Shown: in pieces, positions 1 to 14,185 of the stretch
Layout: every line of letters starts with the position of its first letter
Position numbering within the stretch: the first letter of the stretch is position 1
Assembly: GCF_009914755.1 (NCBI RefSeq)
Contig: NC_060928.1
Length of the DNA stretch: 64,000 nucleotides
Reading direction: 5' to 3' (one strand)
From: the human T2T-CHM13v2.0 reference genome, Homo sapiens
Program-made: the position numbers and the translations under genes
The notes under the pieces: generated by a model
What the model was told of the DNA's origin: nothing
What the model saw: the letters and a program-made list of their open reading frames with translations, nothing else
The model's database searches: none

Positions 1-31
1 TAAATAAATTGTTTCAAAAAATTTTTTTGTA

Positions 32-160
32 GGCTGGGTGTAGTGGCTCACCCCTCTAATTCCAGCACTTTGGGAAGCTGAGGCAGGAGGTTCGCTTGAG
101 CTCAGGAATTTGAGCCCAACCTTAGCAATATAGGGAGACCCCCTCCCTATTATTTAAAAA
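32..160 (+). mobile_element. Alu monomer (FLAM/AluJ-left-arm-like)
   Basis: ggctgggtgtagtggctcac...ccagcactttgggaagctgaggcaggagg...ttgagctcagga; single arm ending in an A-rich tract. Confidence 0.85.
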
Positions 161-494
161 CATATATTCTACCATGAAATACTGGTATGTTAAGCAATAA
201 AAATGATGCTTAACTTTACGTGACCATAGAGCCTGGATTCAGGAATTAGTAATGTGTAGTAACACACAGTTTGCTCCCTATTGTATAAAATGAAGTGTGT
301 AGAAAAAAAGATGCAGTAAATATAGAATTATCAATCTTCAACTCTGGGGATGGATCACACTATTTTAAGAAAAATTTTCTGTAGTTTCTATAATGACCAC
401 TTATTTCTATTTTTAAAACAATGTTTATTTTTAATAAAGCAGAAAAGAGAATTGGGGGCATTAGAAGCAATGCAGTCTAATTAGGAGGCTGTCT

Positions 495-690
495 GGGAGG
501 ATCAAACCCCAGTTTTGCCACTCTCTAGCTATGTGAGACCTTGAGCCAGTTATTTTGTGTCCAAATATCTTATTTATAAAATGACAACAGCAACTACTTC
601 TTCATTAGGTTCTTATAAGGTTAAACAAGTTAATAAATGAAAAGTGTCTACAATAGCACATAGTAACCCATATGTAACTGTTGATTATTA
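495..690 (+). mobile_element. MIR SINE fragment
   Basis: Degenerate MIR core: aaaccccagttttgccactctctagctatgtgagaccttgagccagtta...tttataaaatg...caatagcacatagtaa. Confidence 0.65.
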
Positions 691-1072
691 TTTTTATAGA
701 TGCAAGATCTCCAAGTTCAATGCAAGAAAGTCTTATAAATACTGTAGGGCAGAAATTTTGCCACTGAACTCCTACTACTTTATTTTCAAATATGAAAGAA
801 ATATATTTTAAACATAAATTATTTACTTTGATGAAGATTCAAGTTTAACATTTATTCCTACAAGTCATGCTATTTATTTTATACGCTTGAGTATTCAGTT
901 GAGCTCATATATCAGATTCCTCTTATGAAAAATGATTAATGGAAATGTTTATTAATTTTGAGAAGGAGTAAATATAATGAATTTGTCTTGAGGGAAAACT
1001 GGTAAATATAATGAAACACTACTTGGAAAAAATACATAATAGTTTCTGTAACAATAAGAACATATATATATT

Positions 1073-1391
<319 letters not shown>

Positions 1392-1889
1392 AAGAACATA
1401 TAGTATCTTTTTATCAGGCATACACCATAGCAACTTTTTCTTTTGTTATCCAAACCACCACAGTAACGTAACCTGGTAACCTCCTAAAAGCATACCTTCC
1501 AGTGAAGGAATATTATTTAACCACTTTAGAATACTGGGGAAACACCCATTGTGAACAAAGTGCTGCTGCTGTTTTACTTGTTTATATATTATAACATCAA
1601 CATAGTGAGTAGTTTCGATTTATTTCATCTAAATATATCATTATGTAAAAGAATACATTTGGAAACTCTGAAAGACAGAAGCCAAATTGTGGCATGACCT
1701 TCACAACATCATCTGTTGTGTATCCTGCATAGACTCATTTTTGTGTGTGTATGAGAGAGTTTTTATTGTTCCTTTTCATTTATTGAATGTAATGGTCTCT
1801 CTTAGTATTAGAAATCGCTTTTTTAATGTATCCCTGGAAGAGCCCATTATGGTATATTTCTGCATTTCTGGTCATTTTTTACTAAGCCA

Positions 1890-2690
1890 TCTATGCATTC
1901 AAGGATTTGTTGATGAATCAATTTGTCAAGTACCTACCATGTTCTTAGTAATATTCTAAGGCATTGGTATGTCGATGTCAACAACACGAACTAAATCCCT
2001 GCATTAATGGTGTTTGGGTTCTTGGGAGAAGAAATAGACAACCAGCAAATAAATATATAAAATGTCAGGTAGGGTGATAAATGTTATGATGAAAAGTAAA
2101 GCGCAATATGAAGGATAGAAAGTGGCACTGGAGTGTGTTGGTGTTTCAAAAAGGATGGCTAAGGAAGACCACTTTGATTATGGAACATTTTAGTAGAGAC
2201 CATAATGAAGAAAGGGAGAAAGCCACTCATGTTTTTATGGGAAGAAACCTGAGAATAACAACTGCAAAAGCAAGAGAATACTCGGTCTTATCAGGAATGG
2301 CAAAACATTGTGTTTAGAGTAGAATGAATGATGAGACAAGTAATACAAGTTTAGGTCACAGAGAAATCTTATCATAAAAGGTCTAGTATGTCATGATAAA
2401 GACTTAAGATCTTATTTCACATATGATGAAAAGCCATTAGAGTGTTTGTTGAAAAAAAGAATGACATAATCAGACTATTGTTAAACTATTGCTTTGGTTT
2501 CTGTGTAGATATAGGCATTACTGAGTCAAGGCTCCTATAGTTGAAAGATTATGATGGCTTAAACTGGAGTGGTAAAAGTTGAGGGGATAACAATTGATTG
2601 AATATTGAGTACATTTTGAATGTGGGGTCAGCAGGATTTGTTAATATATTGTATGTAGAATATCCTAAAAGAACAAAATCAAAGATAGTT
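1890..2690 (-). mobile_element. L2 LINE 3' fragment
   Basis: Reverse L2 tail (aagtacctaccatgttc) followed by typical degenerate L2 body (gaaaagccattagagtgttt, gaatgacataatcagact). Confidence 0.6.
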
Positions 2691-3264
2691 TCTGATACTA
2701 ATTTTTTAATGTTTTCCTATTTTTACCCTTTAGGTAACTTTCTGATGTTACAAATAGATAGCATGATACGGAGATTAGTAAAATCTTATTTGTTTGGTTG
2801 GCTTAATTGTGTTAGTAGTGAGGCAGTAATTGTGAAATGGCAGACGATGTTGGTTTTGCAGGGGATAATATTCAATCCTACAAGTAATACTAATTTCTGG
2901 TAATATATTTTATCTGCCAGATAACTGAAAGCACATAGGTAAAACTAAACATAATTTGTGGTGGATGCTGATAAATCAATAATTATGGTTTAGAAATATG
3001 ATTCATTAATACATAGGTGAAGAAATAAGCAGGTAAAAATAAAATTCTTTGAGGGATAGCTGATGAATTTTGAATATAAACCATACAATAGGTATATATT
3101 TGAGGAACCAATGTATTTTATAAAAATCATTTTAAATAAACATGGCATCATTGTGGTTCTCTAATGGGAATAAATTTTAAGAGGGTTCTATTATTTATAC
3201 TATGTATATTTAAAGCAATTATTTTTGATTGATGTAATACAAAATGATAGTTTCACTCATATAA

Positions 3265-3502
3265 TTCCAAGTAATAAACCATCTCAAAACCTGTCAGTCT
3301 AAAATAATAATTTATTATTGATGTTTATGATTCTGTAGGTCGACTAGACTCATCTGGGCAGTTCTTGTGTGAGGTTTTAAAGTGGGTACAGTCAGACTGA
3401 GGTTGAGAATGGGGTCATCTGAAGGCTCAGGTGAGGTAGACTCCCAGGATAATTCCTTTATTCACAAGTCTGGTGCTGCACTGAAAACACTGTACCTATT
3501 GG

Positions 3503-3556
<54 letters not shown>

Positions 3557-3790
3557 ACTGCTCTATTCTACTTCTGCCTCCCTCTTTCTCTCCTCAGCCT
3601 CTCCATGGACTAGCTTGAGCTTTCTCACAACATGCTGGTTTTGGATAATTAGACTTGTTATATGATAGTTGGCTTCCCCTAGGGTGAATGTTCCACAGGA
3701 AAAGAAAGGGAAACATGTCAGTCTAATTAGGACTAGACCAGAAATACACAGCTTCACCTCCACATTGTTCTATTGATTTAGCAGTTCCAG
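3265..3790 (-). mobile_element. Old MaLR LTR (MLT1 group)
   Basis: MLT1-like motifs: gattctgtaggtc...ctgggcagttctt...gtcatctgaaggctc...ctagcttgagctttctcacaacatg...cttcacctccacattgttctattg. Confidence 0.55.
3507..3550. repeat. (TC)22 microsatellite
   Basis: Pure TC run read directly. Confidence 0.97.
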
Positions 3791-3791
3791 A

Positions 3792-4198
3792 GTGTGTCGA
3801 CAGTCCCTAAGACTACCCCTACATTCAGAGATTTGTAAGAAGACACAGAATTCAACAGAGATCACACTCGCCTCTACCAGCAATGTGAACAGAGGACATG
3901 TATGTGATATTTCTGCCCAGTAAAGGCCAGTAGCAACTCAGCACCAAAGGATTTTACTGGGGGCTTATCATGTAGGAACCCTGTACCTAGTGTATATCCA
4001 TATTCTAAACTCCAAGAAGAAATCAGGTATTTAACATAAACATTATTGTACAAATATTGTTTGTACAAACTACTTAGGGACAGTGAGCCAATCTTATCAT
4101 TTATGGAAATCTTTATATGTATGTAGGACTCTGGTTACCAGTCAGTCAAGTTCTTAGATACCAACCAGTGGCTAATCTTGCAAGTGGGCCTTTCTAAG
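3792..4198. mobile_element. MER21/MER68/MER77-like LTR, truncated
   Basis: gtccctaagactaccc...ttcagagatttg...aaggattttactggggg...cttgcaagtgggcctttctaag; subfamily uncertain. Confidence 0.5.
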
Positions 4199-4211
4199 CA
4201 CTATATATTAA

Positions 4212-7200
4212 TTTGTTCTCTATCTCCATCAGTTTAATTATTGTAATATTTAGCTCCCATAAATAAGAACATGTGTAATTTTCTTACTTTCCTTGGCATA
4301 TTTCACTTACCATAATGACTTCCAGCTCCATCCCTGTTGTTACAAATGATAGCATCTAATTCTTTTTTATGGCTGAATAGTGTTCATTGTGTATATGTAT
4401 CACATTTTCTTAATCCATTCATCTGTTGATAGTCACTTGGATTATTTGCAAATCTTGACTGCTACGAATAGTGCTACAGTAAACATGGGAGTGCAGATAT
4501 CTCTTCAATACACTAATTTCCCTTCTTTTGGGAATATATCTAGCAGTGGGATTGCTGGATCAAATGGTACATCTATTTTTAGTTTCGTGAGGAACCTCCA
4601 AGTTGTACTGCATAGTAATTGTACAAATTTACATTCCCACCAACATTGTATGAAGGTTCCCTTCTCTTCACATCCTCCAAAGCATTTGTTATTTTGCCTG
4701 CCTTTTGGATAAACATCATTTTAACAAGGATGAGATGATATCTCTTTGTAGTTTTGATTTGCATTTCTCTGATGATTAGTGATGTTGAGCACCTTTTGAT
4801 ATATGTGTTTCCCATTTGTATATATTCTTTAGATAAATGTCTATTCAGATGTTTTGGCCATTTTTAAATTGCATTGTTAATTTTTTGTCCTATAGAGTTG
4901 TTTGAGCTCCTTATATATTCTTATGTTAATCCCTTGTTCAGTGGGTGGTTTTCAAACATTTTCTCCCGTTCTGTGAGTTTCTCTTCACTTTATTGTTTCT
5001 TTTGTTGTGCAAAAGCTTTTTAACTTGATATGATCCCATCTATCCAATTTTGCTTTGGTTGACTGTGGTTTAGGGATATTAAGAAATCCTTGTCTACTCC
5101 ATGGTCCTGGAGAGTTTCCCTAGTGTTTTCTTTTAGTAATTTGATAGTTACGTCTTATATTTAAGTCTCTAATCCATTTTGACTTGATATTTTGTATATG
5201 ATCAGAGATAGGGGTCTAGTTTCATTCTTCTGCATATGGATATCTAGGTTTTCTGGCATCATTTATTAAAGAGATTTTCCTTTCCCCGATGCATGTCTAG
5301 GCACTTTTGTCAAAAATGAGTTTTCTGTATATGTATAGATTTGTTTCTGGGTTCTCTATTCTGTCCCATTGGTCTGTGTGTCTGTTTTTATGCTAGTACC
5401 CTGCTGTCTTGTGTACTATAGCTCTGTAATATGATTTCAAGTCAGGTAATGTGATTCCTCCAATTTTGTTCTTTTTGCTCAGGATAGCTTTGGCTATTCT
5501 GGGTCTTTTGTGATTCCAAATTTATAAATTTTAGGATTGTTTTTAATATTTTTGTGAAAAACGTCAATTTAATCTATAGATTGCTATTTTTATTTTTATT
5601 TTTATTAATTTAATTTAATTAATTAATTTATTTATTTTGAGATGGAATCTCGCTTTGTCGCCCAGGCTGGAGTGAAGTGGTGCAATCTCCGGTCACTGCA
5701 AGCTCTGCCTCCTGGGTTCTTGCCATTCTCCTGCCTCCGCCTCTCAAGTAGCTGGGACTACAGGCTCCCACCACCACGCCCGGCTAATTTTTTGTATTTT
5801 TAGTAGAGACGGGGTTTCACTGCGTTAGCCAGGATGGTCTCGATCTCCTGACCTCGTGATCTGCCCGCCTTGGCCTCCCTAATCTGTAGATTTCTTTGGA
5901 TAGTATGGACATTTTAACAATATTGATTCTTCCAATTTATGAATCTAGAATATCTTTTCATTTTTGTATCCTCTTCAATTTATTTTATCAGTGTTTTATA
6001 GTTTTCATTGTAGAGAGCTTTCATTTATTTGGTTAACTCCTAGGTATTTATTTTTGTTTATAGCTATTGTAAATTGGATTACTTTCTTGATATTGCAATT
6101 TTCACAATTTTCAAATAGATTCCGTTGGGATATAGAAATGTTAATGATTTTTGTATGTTGATATTGTATCCTGCAACTTTACTGAATTTGTTTTTCAATT
6201 CTAATAATTTTTTTGGTGGAGTCTTTAGGTTTTTCCACATATAAGGTCATATGACCTGCAAACAAGTATAATGTGGTTTCTTCCTTTCCAGTTTGGATGG
6301 CTTTTATTTCTTTCCCTTTTCTGATTGCTCTAGCTAGGACTTCCAGCACTATATTGAATAACAGTGGTGAAAGGGCATCCTTGTTTTGTTCCAAATCTTA
6401 GACGAAAGACTTTCAGATTTTCCCCATTTAGCATAAGCTGTGGGTCTGTCATATATGGCTTATATGGCTTTTATTGTTTTGAGGTATGTTTCTTCTATAC
6501 TCAGTTTTTTAGGGTTTTTATCATGAAAGAGTGTGGAATTTTATCAAATGCTTTTTCAGCATCTATTAAAATAATTATATGTTTAGTGCCCTTCATTCTG
6601 TTGACATGGCATGTCATATTAATTGATTTTTGTATGTTAAACCAGGCTTGTATCTGTAGAATGAATTCTACCTGGTCATGACGAATGATCTTTTTAATGG
6701 GTTGTTGAATGCAGTTTGCTAGTGTGTTGTTGAGTATATTTGCATCAATGTTCATGAGGGATATTGTCCTGTAGTTTTCTGTTTTGGATGGGTCTTTGTT
6801 TAGTTTTGGTATCAAGGTAATATTGGCCTCATAGAATGACTTTGGAAGTATTTTCTCCTCTTCCACTTTTCAGAATAGCTTGAGGAGGATTGATACTAGT
6901 TCTTCAAATGTTTGCTAAAATTCAGCAGTGAAGCCACTGGGTCCTGGGCTTTTCTTTGCTTGGAGATGTTTTATTACAGCTTCAACTTCATTACTTATTA
7001 TTGGTCTGTTCAGATTTTACATTTCTTCATGGTTCAGTCTTGATAGATTTTATGTGTCTCAAAATTTATCCATTTCTTCTACATTTTCTAATTTATTGGC
7101 ACATAGTTGCTCATGGTAACTTTAAATTTATGTAGTATCAGTTATAATGTCTCCTTTTTCATCTCTGATTTTATTGGTATGGGCTTTCTCTCTGTTTTCT

Positions 7201-10200
7201 TAGTCTGGCTAAAGGTTTATTGATCTGTATTATTTATTTTACTAATTTTGGTTTTGATTGTTCTTTTCTAGTTCTTTAAAATGCATTGTTAGGTTGTTTA
7301 TTTGAAGTGTTTCTACTTTTTTGAAATAGGTGCTTATAACTATAAATTTCCCTCTTAGAAATGCTTTCACTATAGCTCATAGGTTTGGGTATGTTGTGTT
7401 TTCATGTTCATTGGTTTCAAGCAATTTTTAAATTTTTTTCTTATTTTAATCATTGAGCCACTGATCACTCAGAAGCATATTGTTTAATTCCATGAATTTG
7501 TACAGTTTCCAAAATTCATTGTGTTGTTGATTTTTCATTTTATTCTATTGTGGTCAAAGAAGATAATTGATATAATCTCATTTAAACAAAATTGTAAGAC
7601 TTGTTCTGTGGCCTAACATATGGTCTATCCTTGAGAGTTATTCATGTGCTGAGGAGAATAATGTGTATTCTGAAGCCTTTGGATGAAAAATGTTCTGTAA
7701 ATATCTGTTAGGTCCATTTGGCCTGTTGTCCAGATTAAGTCCAATGTTTCTTTGTTGATTTTCTGTCTGGATGATCTGTCCAATGCTGAATGTGGGGTGT
7801 TGAAGTCCCCAAGTATTATTGTATTGGAGTCAATCTCTCTCTTTAGCTCTAATAATATTTACTTTATAAATCTGGGTGCTCTTGTGTTGGGTGTGTATAT
7901 ATTTACAATATTGTATCCTCTTGCTGAATTGACCTCTTTATCATTATATAATGACCTTCTTTGTGTCTTTCTATATTTTTTGTCTTGAAATCTACCTTTT
8001 CTGATATAAGTATAGCTAGTCCTGCTCTTGTTTCCATTTGCAAGGAATATCTTTTTCCATCCCTTTATTTTCAGTCTATATTTGTTTTTACAGGTGAAAT
8101 GTGTTTCTTGTAGGAAACAGATTATTAGGTCATTTTTTTTATCCATTCAGCCACTCTATGACTTTCAATTGGAGAGTTTATTTCATTTACATTCAATGAT
8201 ATTATTAATAAGTAAGGACTTACTCCTACTTACTCCTATTTTGTTTTCTGGTTGTTTTTTCCTTCTTTCCTCCCTTGCTATTTTCTTTTGTGTGAAGGTA
8301 ATTTTCTCTGGTGGTATGTTCTGATTTCTTGCTTTTTATTTTTCTTTATCTGCTGTGGGTTTTTTGATATGAGGTTATCATGAGATTTGCAAGTAACAAC
8401 TTATAACCCATTTTTTTAAAAAATAGGTTTAAAATGCAATGACAACATGGATTGCATGAACAAACAAACAAGTACAGAGAAAACTATTAAAAACCCTACA
8501 CTTTAACTTCATCCTCCAACTTTTTAACTTTTTACTGTTTGCATTTATATCTTATACTAACTATGTCTTGAAAAGTTGTTCTAGCTATTATTTTTGTTAC
8601 ATTCATCTTTTAGTTTTTCTACCCAAGTTATGAGTTTATGTACCATAGTTACGGTGTTATAATATTCTGTGGTTTTCTGTGTACTTACTATTGCCAGTGA
8701 GTTTTGTAACTTCAAGTGATTTCTTATTGCTCATTAACATCCTTTTCTTTCAGATTGAAGAATTCTCTTTCTTTAGCATTTCTTGTAGGACAGGTTTGGT
8801 GTTAACAAAATCCCTCGTCTTTTGTTTGACTGAGAACATCTTTATTTCTCCTTTATATATGAGGATATCTTTGCTGGATAAACTATTCTAGGATATAGGT
8901 TTTATTCCTTCAGCACTCTAAATATGTAATGCCATTATTTCCTGGCCTGTAAGGTTTCCACTGAAAAGGCTGCTGCCATATGAATAGGAGCTCCATTGTA
9001 TGTTGTTCCTTTCTTCTTGCTGCTTTTTAGGATCCTTTCTTTATCCTTGTCCTTTTTTAGTTTAATTATTAAATGTCTTGAGATAGTCTTCTTTGGGTTA
9101 AACCTGCTTGGTGTTCTATAAATTTTAGGTACTTAAATATTTATATCTTTGTCTAGGTTTGGGAAGTACTATGTTATTGTCCATACCTTAATTTGTCTCT
9201 CTACTTCTTCTTTAAGGCCAATAATGCTTAGATTTGCCCCATTTAGACTATTTTCTAGATTTTGTAGGTGTGCTTCATTCTTTTACTTTTTATCTCCCCT
9301 GACTATGTATTTTCAAATAGCCTGTCTTCAGGCTTATTACTTTTTTATTCTCCTTGATCAGTTCTTCTGAGACTCTGATCTGTTCTTCAGTATTTCAATT
9401 GTATTTTTCAGCTCTAGAATTTCTGCTTGATTCTTTTTAATTATTTCCATCTATTTGTTAAATTTATGTGATAGGTTCTGATTCCTTTCCCTTTGTTATC
9501 TTGAATTTCATTGAGTTTCCACAAAATAACTATTTTGAATTCTCTGTTTGAAAGATCACATATCTCTGTTTCTCTTCAGCATTGGCCACTGGAGCCATAT
9601 TTAGTTTCTTTGGTGAGGTCATGTTTTCCTAGATGGTCTTGATGCTTGTGGATATTCATCAGGGTCTGGTGTCTGGGTATTGAAGAGTTAGGTATTTATT
9701 GTAGTCTTTGCAGTCTGGGCTTGTTTTTGAACCCATCCTTCTTAGGAAGGCTTTCCAGGTATTCAAAGGGACTTTGGTGCTGTGATCTAAGTCTTTGGTC
9801 ACTGCAGCCATATCTGCATTAGAGGACACCCCAAGCTGAGTAATGCTGTCATCTTGCAGACTCATAGGGGTACTGCCTTGGTTCTTGGCTAGGGTCAGGC
9901 GAATTTTTTTTTGCTTTACCATACAGAGATTCTTGTTGTTTTCTCTTACTTTCCCCCAAACATAGTCTCTCCCACTATTTTGGGTTGTCAAGAGCTGGGG
10001 AAGTGTGATACAAGCACCCCTGTTGCCACCTCACTGGGACCAAGTTGCATTCAACCCAAAGCCAACACAGCACTGTGTCTTCCCAAGGCCCACTGTGACC
10101 TCCCAAGGCCCACTATGACCAATGCCTGGCTATCACCTGTGTTCACTCAAGACCAAAGGCTCTACAATCAGCATTTGGTGAATCCAGCCAGGCTTGTTTT

Positions 10201-11550
10201 CTTCCCTTCACGGCACTGAGTTTCTCTCTCCCTGTAGCCAACACTACCCCAGGCCTAGGGTGAGCAATGCCTGGCTGCTGTCGATGTTCACTCAAGGCCC
10301 TGTGCTCTTTCATCAGCTTATGGTGAATGCTCTTGTCCTGAGTCTCTCCTTTCAGAGAAGTGGGCTCCTGTCTGGCCCAGGGCAGGTCCAGAAATGCCAT
10401 CCAGGAGCCAGTGCCTGGAATTCAGGACCCCAGGAGCTTGTTTGTTGCTCTTCCCCACTATGGTGGAACTGGTACAAGCTTCAGTAAAAAGTCCCATTTT
10501 TTCCTTCCTCTCTTCTTCTAAGCAGGAGACTCTACCCATAGCCACCACAGCTGTGAATGTGCTGGGTCACACCTGAAGCCAGCATAGCTCTGAGTCTCAC
10601 TCAAGGCAAGTGGCAAGTACTGCCTGCCTGCTACTGCTCATTATTTAGAGCCCAAGGGCTGTTTAATCAGCAGGTTATGCATCCTGCCAGGACTGGGTCC
10701 TTCCCTTTAGGGCAGTGGGTTCCCTTTGGCCCATGGTATATCTGGAGTTGTCATCCAGGAGCTAGGACCTGAAAGGGGGGCCTCAGGTCTCTGCCTGTTG
10801 CCCTATTCTATTGTGGCTGTTCCAATACCCAAGTTGGAAGACAAACTCCTCTTTACTTTCCCCCTCCTCTCCTTAAGCAGAGAGAAGTCTCTCCCAGAGC
10901 TGCAAGCTGTGCTACCTGGAGTTGGGGGAGGGGTGATGCAGAAACTCCCTTGGCTGCCCCAGCTTGTGTCTCATTGGGTCACGTGCATCTTAGCTTCATG
11001 GGCTCCAAGTTTAGCACCAGGACTTGCCCAGGAATTGCAGTCCTTATGGGCTAGACTGCATTTCAAGTTTATTTAGTACCCCCAAGCTCTTTAGCCTGTG
11101 GTAGTGGGGCTTACTGGAATTCAGGTTCCAATTGCTGGGATGAGTAATTCACCTCTGGCTAGGGCTAATCTGAATGCTCCCTCCATGTCACCAACTGAGC
11201 TCTGCCCTGAGTCACTTTCCACTGTGACCAGGCAGCACTGTGTTCCAATGCTAAGTTCCACAATTAGTGCACTGTACCTCCTTGAAGCACACAGATTCTC
11301 TCTCCACGGCAGGTGGCTGACTACTGCTAGGAATAGGGGAAGGGTGGTGTAGGTAATTCAAAACTGTCTTTCTTATCCTCTTCAGTGCCTCTTTACTCGA
11401 TATGATGTTAAAACCAGGTACTGTAATTACTTACATGAGTTTTGGTTCCTATGAAGGTGCTTTTTTGTGTGGACAGTTGTTCAATTTGTTGTTCCTGGTT
11501 GGGGGGAATGATTTCTGGAGGCTTCTATTCAGCCATATTGCTCTGCCTTC
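4212..11550 (-). mobile_element. Near full-length old LINE-1 (L1MA1-4-like), degraded; 5' UTR ~9600-11550, ORF2 remnants ~4350-8200
   Basis: ORF2 peptides in the ORF track ([16 protein letters not shown]...[11 protein letters not shown]; [18 protein letters not shown]; CFLQETHFTCKNKYRLKIKGWKKIF = endonuclease domain; [17 protein letters not shown]); many stops and frameshifts. Confidence 0.93.
5586..5879 (-). mobile_element. AluY inserted in the L1MA, lacking ~40 nt of its 5' end
   Basis: gttagccaggatggtctcgatctcctgacctcgtgatc; TSD taatct[a/g]tagatt[g/t]ct at 5570-5585 and 5880-5895. Confidence 0.93.
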
Positions 11551-13388
11551 GTCACTATATCCCTCAATGCTATTTTAATTTCCGTTAAGTTTGGAAATTT
11601 CCATTAAATGTCACCATATTTAAATTAACTTCAAAGAATTATGTTTTTTAAAAGTATTTTACAAAATAATGGATAAAAACACTAAAAGTAAATTCTAAAT
11701 TGAGATATCAACTACCAAACAAGACTTTATATATATGTTTATATATTATTATTTGGTGTCAATATTTTTTTCTCTTGGTTCAGTCAAGATAAATTTAGAA
11801 TAAATAGTATACCTATTATTTGACTATTGCAGACAGCATTACTGATGGATGATGAATGCTCACATAGTAAGAAAAATGAGAATTATATCCTGGTAAGACA
11901 AATAAAATTATTTTTACATAAATTAAAGTCAAAATGAATTTTGCTTAATTTGTGTTAAAAGATATGCAATATCTCTTAGACATAGTAGACCTCTGGGAAA
12001 AATATTTCAAGAGGAAAACATTAGCAAATACTTTCATGTTGTCTATTAGCATCATATTGCTGTTCAAATTATTCTCACACACTGTCCAAATCATTTCAGA
12101 AAGGTTGGTACAAGATAAAGAACTTGTCAACATTAATACATACTAAAAATAATGGCATACCTCTTCTTCCTTCTACAGTTCACACATTCATTTTCTGTCT
12201 TAAATTTAAATTTCAATTAGTTTTTCATTTTTTCCAGGTTGGTGTCTTGGATTTCTCCTGTTTTGGGGTTCTTTAAGTAGTACTGATAGAAAATTTTCTT
12301 TGTAAAATGGCTTATTTTACCATGCCTTCAGATATTGGGTCATAGTCTGTTTTGCTTACTTTAATCAAAGGATTCATTTAAGAAATTTTGTGGACACCAT
12401 TTTCTGAGCATCTATTAAAATATTATCTTGGACTATTGAATTTAAGGTTTCACTTTGTGTATCACTGAGTTAAACAGGGCCCTGGAAATCTGAAGGATAT
12501 ATACATTTGGATTGCTTTCCTTAATTGGCCAAAGTGAGGATTCTGTAGGATAAGCTTGAATACTGCGGTAGAGTTCAGGTACAGAACATGGGAAGAGTTC
12601 TGAATTAATTTGTATGTAAAGGATAGGTGTTGAACTACTGCTAGCAAAATTTTATAGCCAATAAAGGGCTTAATTATAGGGAAGGAAAAAAATATTTATA
12701 TGTTTCTTCAAACAAAAAGAATTTTAAGAAACTGAGTCATTATAACCTCAATCTTGGTTTGAGAATCCACTTCAGAGTAGATTGGCATCACTGAAACATT
12801 TTTTCTGTCAAAAGATGCCAGGGCAGTTTTATTTGAAAACAGTTGAAACCAACATGTATTCAGTTGGATGGTGTTCTGTTCCTGAACACCTGTTGCTCTC
12901 AATAATTTGAAAAACCTTGGTGTGAGATAATAGCAGAGGTAACAATCACACCATCATTCTTGTGCACACCAATATTAAGGTTTTAAAATACGTGATATAT
13001 ACATCAGATACTGAATCTGGCTGGGAATTCACACTGTTATATTTTTGATATAATATCATTATCAATGATAATTTAAGCAACTGATCTCATGTATAGCACT
13101 TCAGTGTTTATTTCTTACTTAGTATTATCATTTCATATAAACTCCATTATACTCATTTTTATTGTTTTTTACATAATTTCAAATATTACTTCACAGTTTA
13201 CCTATAAGTGTGAACACGTTTTTTAAAATAAGAAGTTAGTAACCCAGGTGAAATTCAAAGACTATGATTTATTACTAATGTGCTCATTTGAGATAGACCG
13301 TGAATATGAGAAGCTATCATATATGGATTCAGCATGAGTTCAGTTTATCTGGCAATAGTTCCATCTGTTGTATTTTGAAATTGCCTAC

Positions 13389-13783
13389 TGTATTAGTTCA
13401 TTCTCACACTGCTTTAAAGAACTACCTGAGACTGAGTAATTTATAAAGGAAATAGGTTTAATTGACTCATAGTTCCATAGACTATACAGGAGGCATGCCT
13501 AGATAGGCCTCAGGAAACTTAAAATCATGGCATAAGGGTGAAGGGGAAGCAAGTATGTCTTCAAATGGCAGAAGGAGAGGGAGACAGAGAGAGAGAGAGA
13601 GAGAAAAGGGGGAAGTGCTACACACTTCCGAGCAACCAGATTTTGAGAGAACTCTGTCACGAGAACAGCAGATGGAAGTCTGTCCCCATGATTGAATCAC
13701 TCTCCCACCAGGCTCCTTCTCCAGCACTGGCAATTACAATTCAACATGAGATTTGGGTGGGGAAACAGAGCCAAACCATATCA
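13389..13783 (-). mobile_element. MSTA-like MaLR solo LTR
   Basis: tgtattag...ccaaaccatatca termini; 5-bp TSD cctac/tctac. Confidence 0.88.
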
Positions 13784-13833
13784 TCTACTTAAATAACCAT
13801 TGAATTTTAGAGGTTGAATCATATCAATATGCA

Positions 13834-14185
13834 TGCTATAGACTGAAGATTTATGTTCTCTGAAAATTCACCTTGAGATTTTTACCTCCAATGTGACAAT
13901 ATTAGGAAGTCGAGCCTATTACTATGATTAGGTCCTCAGTATAAAGCCCTTATGAATGTTATTAGTGCCCTTATAAAACAGGTCTCAGAAAATGCTCTCA
14001 TCCCTTCCAACATGTGAGCACTCAGAGGGAAGATTGCTGTCTGTGAACCAGAAAGCCCTCACTAGCCCCTGAATCTGCTGACACCTTGATTTTGGACTTC
14101 CCAGCCTCTAGAATTGAAAAAAATAACTTTCAATTGTTTAGAAGCCACCCAGTTAATGGTACCATGTTGTATCAAATAAAATGTA
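13834..14185 (+). mobile_element. MLT1A-like MaLR LTR
   Basis: tgctatagactgaa...attagtgcccttataaaa...accttgattttggacttcccagcctctagaa...aagccacccagt. Confidence 0.8.

Noticed and set aside
10080-10760. Repeated blocks in the GC-richer 9.6-11.5 kb region as a CpG island or array
   Set aside because: CpG-depleted; these are internal repeats of the old L1 5' UTR
13384-13788. MSTA TSD (cctac/tctac) resembles the THE1 TSD at 60994/61370 (tctac/cctac)
   Set aside because: The elements are in opposite orientation and it is a 5-mer coincidence among several LTRs
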